Positions 30,384-39,411 of a stretch of 54,063 nucleotides of DNA are shown piece after piece. The position numbers and the translations under genes are program-made. Below the pieces are notes generated by a model. The model had not been told where the DNA came from. It worked only from the letters and a program-made list of their open reading frames with translations, and ran no database searches. Source of the stretch: Kiritimatiellia bacterium (GTDB lineage: Bacteria; Verrucomicrobiota; Kiritimatiellia; RFP12; DVOR01); NCBI GenBank assembly GCA_036651955.1, contig JAVVWU010000006.1:1-54063 (forward strand), given 5' to 3'. Within the stretch, counting starts at the first letter, position 1. Every line of letters begins with the position of its first letter.

Positions 30384-30746
30384 ATGACCCAGGAAGAAAT
30401 TATTGACGCTCTCTCCGGCATGACCGTGCTGCAGGTAGCTGAACTCGTGAAGGCCCTCGAAGAAAAGTGGGGCGTTTCCGCCGCTGCTCCTGTCGCCGCC
30501 GCCGCTGGTGCTGCTGTCGCCGCTGTCGAAGAGAAGACTGAATTTGATGTCATGCTCCTCGAAGTGGGTGCCAACAAGATCGCTGTCATCAAAGAAGTCC
30601 GTACCATCACCGGTCTCGGCCTCAAGGATGCCAAGGATCTCGTCGAAGGTGCTCCTAAGCCCGTCAAGCATGGCGTGGATAAGGCTGAAGCTGCCAAGAT
30701 CAAGGAAGCTCTTGAGAAGGCCGGCGCAAAGGCTGAAATCAAGTAA
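30384..30746 (+). CDS. rplL: 50S ribosomal protein L7/L12
   Basis: [45 protein letters not shown]. Confidence 0.98.
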   Translation: MTQEEIIDALSGMTVLQVAELVKALEEKWGVSAAAPVAAAAGAAVAAVEEKTEFDVMLLEVGANKIAVIKEVRTITGLGLKDAKDLVEGAPKPVKHGVDKAEAAKIKEALEKAGAKAEIK

Positions 30747-30760
30747 GATCTCTTACTTGC

Positions 30761-30793
30761 AAAAGGAGAGCCCCTCGTGGGCTCTCTTTTTTT
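30761..30793 (+). terminator. Rho-independent terminator after rplL
   Basis: AAAAGGAGAGCCC-CTCGT-GGGCTCTCTTTTTTT. Confidence 0.88.
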
Positions 30794-30940
30794 GTGCCTT
30801 GTATCTTCTGGCGTACCTCGAGGCTTCGGCGCGCGCGGGTAGGGGCACTGAGAGAGAGGGCGAGGCGAATGCAATTCGTTCGCCTGCGCAGGCTTGTAGG
30901 AGAGGACGAAGCCTCTTTGCGGAGTGTCGTGCGCCCATTA

Positions 30941-30975
30941 CACAAGAAAGCCACGGAGACCGTGGCTTTCTTGTG
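30941..30975 (-). terminator. Terminator downstream of pnp
   Basis: CACAAGAAAGCCACGG-AGA-CCGTGGCTTTCTTGTG inverted repeat. Confidence 0.8.
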
Positions 30976-30994
30976 AGCTTTAGACGTTAGAAGC

Positions 30995-33151
30995 TTACGC
31001 TTCAACGGTCGGAGCTTGTTCTTCCTGATGCTGTTGGTCGAGATCAGCCATAGCTTCGCGACGGGAAAGCTTAATGCGCCCGCGTTCGTCAATGCCGATG
31101 ACTTTAACCATAATCTTGTCGCCCACGGCGCAGACGCTTTCCACGGAGGGAATGCGGCGATCCGAGAGTTCGGAGATGTGGCAGAGACCATCTTTGCCGG
31201 GGAGGATTTCAACGAAGCAACCAAATTCCTTGATACCGGTAATGGTGCCTTCGTAGATGCGTCCTTCTTCGGCTTCGGCGGTGATGGCTTCGACTTCGCG
31301 CTTGGCATTGTTCATTGCTTCTTCGCTGACGGCGAAGATCGAGACGGTGCCATCTTCTTGAATGTCGATTTGTGCGCCAGTGCCATCGGTGATGCGGCGA
31401 ATGTTCTTACCGCCGGGGCCGATGAGTTCACCAATCTTGTCTGCCGGAATCTGCAGCGTGGTGATACGCGGTGCATAAGGCGACAGTTCTGCGCGCGGCG
31501 CCGGAATGACGGTGGCCATAAAGTCGAGAATGTGCAGACGTCCGACTTTCGCCGCGGCGAGTGCTTCTTCGACGAGATCCCACGTTAAGCCACGAAGCTT
31601 AAGATCGACCTGGAAGCCGGTAATTCCCTTGCGTGTACCGCCGACTTTGAAGTCCATATCGCCGCAATGATCTTCAGAACCGAGAATGTCGGTAATGAGG
31701 ATGCGCTTGCTCAGATCGGGCGTGGTGAAGAGTCCGATTGAAATGCCTGCAACGGGACTGGTCAAAGGAACGCCAGCATCCATGAGTGCCAAACATCCAC
31801 CGCAAATGGATGCCATGGAGGAAGATCCGTTGGAACCCATAATTTCGCTGACGACACGCACGGAGTAAGGATAGTCCTGCGGAATGACTTCGGCGAGGGA
31901 ACGTTCGGCGAGTGCGCCGTGACCGATTTCGCGACGACCGGTCGAACCGAGGCGGCCGACTTCACCGGTGCAATAGGGAGGGAAGTTATAGTGGAGGATG
32001 AAGCGTTTGTTCTTCTGTCCGCCTGTGACGGAGTCGAGATCTTGGCTGTCCTTGGTGGTGCCGAGGGTGACGGTCGCAAGGTTTTGCGTTTCGCCACGGT
32101 TGAACACTGCCGAGCCGTGCGTGCGAGCCAATACGCCGACTTGAGCTGCAAGCGGACGAATTTCGTGCTGTGCACGACCGTCAATGCGTTTGCCCTTGTC
32201 CAAGAAGTTATTGCGAACGGTTTCGATTTCCAATGCGTCAAACAGATGAACGAACGAAATCTCATCAATGACCCAACGGCCGTTTGCATCTTTGCCATAC
32301 TTTTCCTGACAAGCGGCGAGGAGTTCGGCTTTCACCGCACTGACCGTCTCTTGACGGGTGAGCTTGTCGGCAATGAGGAGCGCATCAGCGAGCTTGGCAC
32401 CGCCTAAGGTGCGAATAAAGCCCATCTTCTCCGGATCCTGAGGCTGATCGGCAATGACCTTGTCGGGCTTGCCTAATGCGCGGCGCAGTTCGATTTGGAG
32501 GTCGACAATTTTAACGACTTCTTCGTGTGCGCGCTTCATCGCCGCCAAAAATTCTTCTTCGGAGATTTCCTTTGCGGAACCTTCCATCATGAGGAACTTG
32601 TCGCGGAGACCGGCATAGAGAAGATCCAAGTCGGACTGTTCACGCTGCGCGTGGGTGGGGTTGATAATCCATTCACCTTTGATACGTCCGATACGAACGC
32701 ATCCAATCGGTCCCATGAAAGGAACATCTGAAATGTGAAGTGCGGCAGAGGCGGCATTGACTGCCAAAACATCGCCTTCATATTGACCATCGCAGCTGAC
32801 GAGCATGGAGTTGACCTGCACGTCATTGTAATAGCCTTCAGGGAAAAGCGGACGAATGGGGCGATCGCACATACGTGCGGTCAGAATTTCTTTTTCGGAG
32901 GGACGCTGTTCGCGTTTGAAGAAACCGCCGGGGAAGCGACCTGCGGCATAAAATTTCTCGCGATATTCGACTTGCAACGGGAAGAAGTCGATTCCTTCAC
33001 GCGGCTTGTCGGTATTGGTAACGGCGGTGAATACGGTCGTTTCACCTAAAGAGACGGAGACCGCACCAGCGGCCTGTTGTGCCAAGAGACCTGTTTCAAT
33101 CGTGAACTTACGACCTGCGATGTCCACGGAGAACGATTTTGCATTCTGCAT
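30995..33151 (-). CDS. pnp: Polyribonucleotide nucleotidyltransferase
   Basis: DFFPLQVEYREK, RREIGHGALAERSL, SNGSSSMASICG, GDMDFKV, KH and S1 domains. Confidence 0.98.
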   Translation of the reverse strand: MQNAKSFSVDIAGRKFTIETGLLAQQAAGAVSVSLGETTVFTAVTNTDKPREGIDFFPLQVEYREKFYAAGRFPGGFFKREQRPSEKEILTARMCDRPIRPLFPEGYYNDVQVNSMLVSCDGQYEGDVLAVNAASAALHISDVPFMGPIGCVRIGRIKGEWIINPTHAQREQSDLDLLYAGLRDKFLMMEGSAKEISEEEFLAAMKRAHEEVVKIVDLQIELRRALGKPDKVIADQPQDPEKMGFIRTLGGAKLADALLIADKLTRQETVSAVKAELLAACQEKYGKDANGRWVIDEISFVHLFDALEIETVRNNFLDKGKRIDGRAQHEIRPLAAQVGVLARTHGSAVFNRGETQNLATVTLGTTKDSQDLDSVTGGQKNKRFILHYNFPPYCTGEVGRLGSTGRREIGHGALAERSLAEVIPQDYPYSVRVVSEIMGSNGSSSMASICGGCLALMDAGVPLTSPVAGISIGLFTTPDLSKRILITDILGSEDHCGDMDFKVGGTRKGITGFQVDLKLRGLTWDLVEEALAAAKVGRLHILDFMATVIPAPRAELSPYAPRITTLQIPADKIGELIGPGGKNIRRITDGTGAQIDIQEDGTVSIFAVSEEAMNNAKREVEAITAEAEEGRIYEGTITGIKEFGCFVEILPGKDGLCHISELSDRRIPSVESVCAVGDKIMVKVIGIDERGRIKLSRREAMADLDQQHQEEQAPTVEA

Positions 33152-33492
33152 CTGTTTCTATCCTCATAATCTGCGGGTCGTGGCCGGAAAGAACATTTGC
33201 CACCCTGTCCGCAGTCCTGTTTTAACCATTTCTTTCCACCGTGAAAGTACCACAACCCGTTCATCTTTCGCAAGTTTCTTTTTGTTGGAGTAAGGTCTGA
33301 CGCGTGTCGTGGAAGTCGGCAAAAGAGGCGCGTGGGGCAGGCGCGCCTTACGATGTGTCGCGGTGGCGTAGACTTACCGCAGAGCGTTGACAGGGGGGCG
33401 CTCGCTTACGATGCGAACGCGTGCCGTGGGAGAAGCGCCTCTGTGGCGGGCGAATTATGAATTTTAGCGCGTGTCTGTTATACTTCCCTCGC

Positions 33493-34350
33493 ATGAAGAG
33501 GGAATGTTACCCGTGGTTTTGTGGTCAACGGCACGTCGTATTAGATACGCCGTGGGTGATGGGTATTGTGAATGTGACGCCCGATTCTTTTTACGGCGGA
33601 AGTCGTGTCCCCGAATGCTCTGCGGCGGTGAGCCGAGGACTGCAAATGGTGGCAGACGGTGCGAAGATTTTAGACATTGGCGGAGAATCGACACGTCCCG
33701 GGGCAACGCCCGTGACGCAAGCCGAGGAATGCGCACGCGTGATTCCTGTGATTGAAGCGTTGCGCTCCGCCTGTCCTCAGCTGATTTTGTCAGTGGATAC
33801 GCGCCATACCGCTACGGCGGCGGCGGCGATTGCGGCAGGGGCGGATGTGATTAACGATGTGGCAGCGTGTACGCCTGACGCCGGAATGTGGGAGTTGATC
33901 GCGTCCTCGGGCGCCGGTTATATTTTAATGCACGCACGCGGAACACCGCAAACGATGGATCGGCTTGTGACGTATGAGGATGTGGTGGCGTCGGTGTTGA
34001 ATACGTTGGTGGATCGTGCGCAAACGTGTATGGCGTTGGGCGTGAAACGTGAACAGATTGTTTTAGACCCCGGCTTGGGATTTGCAAAGACGGCGCATGA
34101 TTCGCTTGTTTTGTTGGCGTCCACGGCACAATTTGCGGCGTGGGGACCGACACTGATTGCCGCTTCACGGAAACGGTTTTTGGGTGACCTTACGCGGCGC
34201 GCAGTGGCGGAGGAACGTCAGGCGGCGAGTGTGGGCGCGGCGTTGGCGGCGGTGGCACAGGGGGCGGCTCTTGTGCGCGTACACGATGTGCGTGAAACGG
34301 TCGATGCGCTGAACGTCTTTCTTGCAGTACAGGAGGTGGCACAATGCTAG
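33493..34350 (+). CDS. folP: Dihydropteroate synthase
   Basis: MGIVNVTPDSF, DIGGESTRPG, DPGLGFAK, SRKRF, RVHDV. Confidence 0.97.
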   Translation: MKRECYPWFCGQRHVVLDTPWVMGIVNVTPDSFYGGSRVPECSAAVSRGLQMVADGAKILDIGGESTRPGATPVTQAEECARVIPVIEALRSACPQLILSVDTRHTATAAAAIAAGADVINDVAACTPDAGMWELIASSGAGYILMHARGTPQTMDRLVTYEDVVASVLNTLVDRAQTCMALGVKREQIVLDPGLGFAKTAHDSLVLLASTAQFAAWGPTLIAASRKRFLGDLTRRAVAEERQAASVGAALAAVAQGAALVRVHDVRETVDALNVFLAVQEVAQC

Positions 34351-35207
34351 AAACTTGGTGGCCCAACGTCCTCGATCTCTTTCAAATTTATTTGTTAACG
34401 GTAGGCTTTTACTACGTGTTGCGTTTTCTTAAAGGAACGCGTGCGGCGCAAATGCTAATCGGAGTGGCCTCCATCTTTCTTATGTTTTTTCTCGTCACCG
34501 TGATCTTCCAATTGGATGTGGTGAACGTGGTGTTGCGGTGGATTTCCGTTTTTCTTTTCCTGGCATTACTGGTCGTCTTTCATCCGGAAATTCGTCGCGC
34601 GTTGGCGATGTTGGGACGGCAGGCGTTTATTCAACTCTTGCAGGGACGTATTCCGGAAACGCAACCGGAGAAGCTGGTGCGTGCGGCACGCAGTCTTGCG
34701 GTTCGACGGTTGGGTGCTTTGATTGCGGTGGAACGTGCGGTGATTATGGATCGCTGGTGCGAGACGGGGATCGCGCTGGATGCTCTAATCAGTGAAGAAC
34801 TGTTGATCTCGATTTTTACGCCGCCACTACCGTTGCACGATGGCGCGGTAATTCTGCGGAACGATCGCATTCGTGCGGCGCATTGTATTTTTCCGATTGA
34901 CAATGAATTGCGGATTGAAGGCGCCGGCACACGTCACCGTGCGGCGGTCACATTGTCATCGGAATGTGACGCATTGATTCTCGTCGTTTCGGAGGAACGC
35001 GGAGAAGTGTCGGTGGCACGCGATGGTAATTTAATGCGTAATCTTTCTGACCGCCAGCTGGAACGTCTTTTGCGTGCGGCATTTGTTCCACGTTCGGAAC
35101 AGCATAAGTTTTATCATGCCGTCTTTGGTTCGCGTCGTTCGTTGCCGTGGTTTGTGCGAATCTTTGTTTCAAAATCGCCGTCGTCACGGAGGACGAAACA
35201 TGCGTAA
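34344..35207 (+). CDS. cdaA: Diadenylate cyclase CdaA/DacA (c-di-AMP synthase)
   Basis: Three N-terminal TMs, FHPEIRRAL, GALI, LHDGA and GTRHRAA catalytic motifs, VSEERG. Confidence 0.93.
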   Translation: MLETWWPNVLDLFQIYLLTVGFYYVLRFLKGTRAAQMLIGVASIFLMFFLVTVIFQLDVVNVVLRWISVFLFLALLVVFHPEIRRALAMLGRQAFIQLLQGRIPETQPEKLVRAARSLAVRRLGALIAVERAVIMDRWCETGIALDALISEELLISIFTPPLPLHDGAVILRNDRIRAAHCIFPIDNELRIEGAGTRHRAAVTLSSECDALILVVSEERGEVSVARDGNLMRNLSDRQLERLLRAAFVPRSEQHKFYHAVFGSRRSLPWFVRIFVSKSPSSRRTKHA

Positions 35208-36183
35208 TCCTTTTCGCTTCATCACGCACGACTGGCCGTGGAAAATTGCGGCAGCGGTCTTTGCTCTCTTTGTTTTCTTGGGTGTTCGTAAATCTTTTAG
35301 TTATACGCAAACGATGATGTTGCCGGTGGAAGCGGTCACGATGGATGGCGCGCAGGCGTTGACTGGCTTTGATCCGGGCGTTGTGGCTGTGACCTTTCGC
35401 GGATCGGAGCAAGATATTCGCGGGCTTTCCTTCCCCGGGCGTGAACCGCCACGCGTACGTGTGACACTGCGTCAACCTTCGGGGGGAGCGTTTGCCGTAC
35501 GCGTGAAGTTGTCACATCGTGATGTGGAGCGAGAAGGCGATGTGCGTATCATTTCGATTGAGCCGAATAAAGTGCTCGCTTCCTTCGATACGAGTGATAC
35601 GCAGACGTTGCCGATTGCCGAACCGATTATCAAAGGCGCGCCAGAAGTCGGCGCCGTTAAGCTTTCCTTTACACCGCAGACCGTTGAAGTGACAGGATCG
35701 AAGGCGCGATTGGCGGAATTGCTGAAACAGAAGGTGCGGTTGGATACGGCGATTGTGGATGTGTCGAATCGGCGTGAAGGTTTTCGAACGGCGGTGCGTG
35801 TCTTGCCGCCCGACAACAAAGGCGGATGGACGCTTCGTCCCGATACGGTGCAGGTGGACGTGCAATTCGTCCGTGAAGACATTCGTCGTGTCTTTCCGAA
35901 CTTACCGGTATCGGTTCTTCAATCGCGCAATTCGTCTATTTATTATGAGCCGGAAGTTCGGACGGTGGCGGTGACGGTACACGGTACGAAACGCGAAGTG
36001 GAAGCGTTGGATGCGAGCGATCTTCGCGTGTGGGTTTCAGAGCTTCGCGCCGGCAGTAGAGCGAATGGCGGACGGCAAAGAGTCGTGCCACACGTGGTGC
36101 TGCCGTATACCAATCGTGTTGAACGTATCAGCGTTGAGCCGAGCGAGTTTTTTATTCGACCTGTGACGGGACGGAGGCGGTAA
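35200..36183 (+). CDS. cdaR: CdaR/YbbR-like regulator of diadenylate cyclase
   Basis: DWPWKIAAAVFALFVF N-terminal anchor and three P-x-(T/V)V-x-V-x-G repeats; overlaps cdaA. Confidence 0.78.
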   Translation: MRNPFRFITHDWPWKIAAAVFALFVFLGVRKSFSYTQTMMLPVEAVTMDGAQALTGFDPGVVAVTFRGSEQDIRGLSFPGREPPRVRVTLRQPSGGAFAVRVKLSHRDVEREGDVRIISIEPNKVLASFDTSDTQTLPIAEPIIKGAPEVGAVKLSFTPQTVEVTGSKARLAELLKQKVRLDTAIVDVSNRREGFRTAVRVLPPDNKGGWTLRPDTVQVDVQFVREDIRRVFPNLPVSVLQSRNSSIYYEPEVRTVAVTVHGTKREVEALDASDLRVWVSELRAGSRANGGRQRVVPHVVLPYTNRVERISVEPSEFFIRPVTGRRR

Positions 36184-37577
36184 TGGAATTATCACGTTCA
36201 CAACGAAAATGGTTTCTAGGTGCAGCGGCGAGCCTTGCGCTTGCCGTTTTATCGGCGCTTCTACTGGACGCGCTTTTTGCCTCATGGTCTCCGGTGGCAG
36301 ATTTTTCGGAATGGGGGACGCCTGTCTTGTCCGAACGCAGTCGTGCCACGCTTTCAGAAACGTCTGGCAAAATTACGGTGACGTGTATTTTGCCACCAGA
36401 TGCAGCGGTCGCATTGCCGGTCGGAAGGCTTCTACGCACCTTTGCGCAAGCTTCGCGTGCCGTGGTGGGCGCCTCGATTGAAATTGTTTACGTTGATCCG
36501 CGCTTAGAGGTGACGCGCAGTGCGGCGTTGATGGAGCAGGGGGCGCAAGGGGCAGGATTACTTTTCCGGCAGGCGCACCGTCACGTTTTTGTCCCTGAAA
36601 GATCGCTGTTGACGGTGGCGGAGGAGTTTGATCCGGTGGAAGCCGAAAATGTAATTGCCGCCGCGCTTGCGCGATTGTCCCGCGTCGATGGTGTGGCGAT
36701 TGGCTGGCTGGTGGGGCACGGAGAAGAATCGTTTGATACGACCGATCCGCTGACTGGATTTTCAGGACTTCGCCGTGCGCTTGAGAATGAAGGATGCCGT
36801 TTGCGTGCGGTGAATTTAACGCACGAAGCCGATGGCATCGCAACGATTCCGCCCGATATTTGCCTGCTGCTGATTGTGAATCCGCGCTACCCGATTACCG
36901 TTCCCGAACGTGCGCGTTTGAGTGATTGGCTGGATCGTGGCGGACGCTTGCTGTATGCACTTCCGGTGAACGGTGAGGCGGGATTGGGACCGCTTTTGGA
37001 ACGGTGGGGGATTCACGTGGGGCTTCGTCCGCGGATACCGTCGCGATTGATTGATGGTACGTTTGGACTTGCCGATGCACTGTCGCCCGATCATGTGGTG
37101 ACACGTGATTTGGCGCATCGTGCGACACTGACGATGAGCGCACCGCGGGCATTGATGCGGTCGATGGAACTACCTGCCGGAACGGAAGTGACGCCGTTGG
37201 TGAGAATGAACGTTGCGCCGTTGCCGGGCGCCGTTGCGCAAACGAATGAGGTTGTCACGTTGATTGCCGCCGCGGAGCGTGGCGGACGTACGGGAGAAGA
37301 TTTGGCGTTTCGTCCGGGACGCATGGTGATTGCCGCCGGATCGGCGTTTGCTGAGAACCGTTACGTGCTGAATCACGGCTCTGCTAATCGCGACTTTATC
37401 GTGAATGTTGTTCAGTGGCTCATTGGCGTTTCAGGGAGTGGTGGGCGCAGTGGTGCGAATGTCATTCGGATTGAACAGGATCAACGCGAATGGCGGAAAG
37501 ATTTTGTCGTTGCAGCAGTACTCATACCCTTTTTCTTCTGCGGATTTCTCTGGCTCTTAACGCGGAGGCGGTCATGA
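36183..37577 (+). CDS. GldG-like ABC-type auxiliary component
   Basis: N- and C-terminal TMs, VDP, WLVGHGE, LDRGGRLL, NRDFIVNVVQWL. Confidence 0.8.
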   Translation: MELSRSQRKWFLGAAASLALAVLSALLLDALFASWSPVADFSEWGTPVLSERSRATLSETSGKITVTCILPPDAAVALPVGRLLRTFAQASRAVVGASIEIVYVDPRLEVTRSAALMEQGAQGAGLLFRQAHRHVFVPERSLLTVAEEFDPVEAENVIAAALARLSRVDGVAIGWLVGHGEESFDTTDPLTGFSGLRRALENEGCRLRAVNLTHEADGIATIPPDICLLLIVNPRYPITVPERARLSDWLDRGGRLLYALPVNGEAGLGPLLERWGIHVGLRPRIPSRLIDGTFGLADALSPDHVVTRDLAHRATLTMSAPRALMRSMELPAGTEVTPLVRMNVAPLPGAVAQTNEVVTLIAAAERGGRTGEDLAFRPGRMVIAAGSAFAENRYVLNHGSANRDFIVNVVQWLIGVSGSGGRSGANVIRIEQDQREWRKDFVVAAVLIPFFFCGFLWLLTRRRS

Positions 37578-39391
37578 ATTTTCGCCGTTCCATTTTAGTG
37601 TTGTTGAGCCTCGTGATTCTCTTGGCGGCGGCGTTGGTGGCGGCGCGTTGGTATCATCCTGCCGATCCTTATGCGCGTGGCAGTCGGCTGTTCCCCGTGG
37701 CACCGGAATCGGTGGTTGGCGTTGAGCTTGAATTTGGCACGGCGATTCCGCGTGCGGTTTTGGTGCGTTCGGGAGAGCTGTGGCGGATGAAGGAACCGTT
37801 CCCCGGTGCGCTTTGCGGTGCGGCGGAAATGGCGGCGCTTTTGGATGCTTGCCAAGGGATGAAAATCCTCAACGACCTTGGACGGCGTGCTGAACGTCTG
37901 CCGGAACGTGCGGTGACGCTTCGTGTGCCGGATGCAAGCTGGACGTGCCGATTTGGTGAACGGCTTCCGATGCGTTTGTCTGAAACGTTGGCGGAGGTGG
38001 ACGGCGAATGGGTGTCGCTGGCGACAGAAAACCTTGCGAATTTACCGCAGTCGGCGGCGGCATTGCGCACGAAAGTTCTACTGCCCGTTTTGCCTGAAAC
38101 GATTACCGCGTTGGAATGGCGCGCTCCGGGAATTTCATTTACACGTGCCGTGCGCGTGAGCAATGGTAATTGGAGTGTGACGCAACCGCTCCCCTTTGAG
38201 GTGACGCGGACTGCGGTGCGACCGGTTTTGGAGGCGCTTTGTGTCGATCCGTTGACGGCGTATGTACGCCCTTCGGATACGCCTTCTGCCGATTTGACCG
38301 AACTGCTCTCATCGCTTCATAGCGAAACGACGTTGGCGGAATATGGGCTGGATGAAGAAACTGCGGTGCGTGTGACGATTTATCTTCTCGGGATGACCGA
38401 CCCGATGACACTTCGTATTGGGAAAGCCGATCCGGAACGTGCCGGCAATGTGTTCTGCCTGATGGATCGTTATCAGTCGATTGTTTCAGTACCGGCGAAA
38501 CTCCGTGAACTCTTTAGTGCGAAAGGTCCTTTTGTGACGGACTATTGCAATGTGCCGGTCTTGGGCGATTTGACGGAGCCGGTGCGCTTGCTGCTGCGTC
38601 CGCAGGGCGGTGTCATTTCGACGGAACTTGCACGCGTCAATGGCGTTTGGACGCTTGTCCTGCCGGCGCCGCTTCCTGCCGATGGTGCGGTGGTGGCGGC
38701 GATGAATCGCCAACTGTTTACGCTCACCGGCGACTTGCTCGGAACGACTGCTCCCGCCGGCGATCCGCTCTGTGAACTTTCATTGCTGTGGGACGGCGGA
38801 CGTGCTCCGGTGGAGCTTGCCTTTTATGCCGGCGAAGCGGTGGGGACGCGGCTTGTGTTTCGGCGTGATACCGGTCGCGTTTATCGTGTCAAGACGGCAG
38901 ATTTGCCACTGGCAATGATTGAGTCGGACTTTGACTATGCGCTGGTCGATCGTACGGTGCTCTCGCTTCCAGCGGCGAATATTCGCCGCATCACGGTGCG
39001 CCGGAAACACGCGGCGATGGACGTCACCGTAGGACATCGTGACGGTTCGCTCGCGTGGGAAACCGATCGTCCGCGCGGCGCCTATATCAATCAAGCCGCC
39101 GTCGATGCGTGGTTGACACTTTTTGCTGATTTACGTGCGGTGCGCGTGATTCGTTACATCTCTGCTTCACGCGAAGATTTGAACGCCTACGGACTGGATT
39201 CGCCGGAGCTTTCAATCGTCCTTGATTTGGAAGGCGAAGAAGGCCTTCGCCGTGTGCTCCTCGTCGGAACGCCGCACCCGGTGACCGGTAATGCGCCACT
39301 GCTGATACAGGGGCGCCCGATGGTTTACGAAATTGATGCAAAGACGTTGGAAATCTTACGCCGAATGTTAGTTGAACCGTTGGGAAAGTAA
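37574..39391 (+). CDS. DUF4340-like repeat membrane-anchored protein
   Basis: N-terminal TM, repeated W-x3-P and YGLD-x-P motifs typical of GldG partners; ATGA overlap with the upstream gene. Confidence 0.72.
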   Translation: MNFRRSILVLLSLVILLAAALVAARWYHPADPYARGSRLFPVAPESVVGVELEFGTAIPRAVLVRSGELWRMKEPFPGALCGAAEMAALLDACQGMKILNDLGRRAERLPERAVTLRVPDASWTCRFGERLPMRLSETLAEVDGEWVSLATENLANLPQSAAALRTKVLLPVLPETITALEWRAPGISFTRAVRVSNGNWSVTQPLPFEVTRTAVRPVLEALCVDPLTAYVRPSDTPSADLTELLSSLHSETTLAEYGLDEETAVRVTIYLLGMTDPMTLRIGKADPERAGNVFCLMDRYQSIVSVPAKLRELFSAKGPFVTDYCNVPVLGDLTEPVRLLLRPQGGVISTELARVNGVWTLVLPAPLPADGAVVAAMNRQLFTLTGDLLGTTAPAGDPLCELSLLWDGGRAPVELAFYAGEAVGTRLVFRRDTGRVYRVKTADLPLAMIESDFDYALVDRTVLSLPAANIRRITVRRKHAAMDVTVGHRDGSLAWETDRPRGAYINQAAVDAWLTLFADLRAVRVIRYISASREDLNAYGLDSPELSIVLDLEGEEGLRRVLLVGTPHPVTGNAPLLIQGRPMVYEIDAKTLEILRRMLVEPLGK

Positions 39392-39411
39392 CGGTGCGAA
39401 AGGAGGAGCTG

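Noticed and set aside
33387-33412. TTGACA-G6 promoter for folP as a phase-variable switch
   Set aside because: The spacer to TACGAT is only 14 nt, and a better extended -10 sits directly before the folP ATG.
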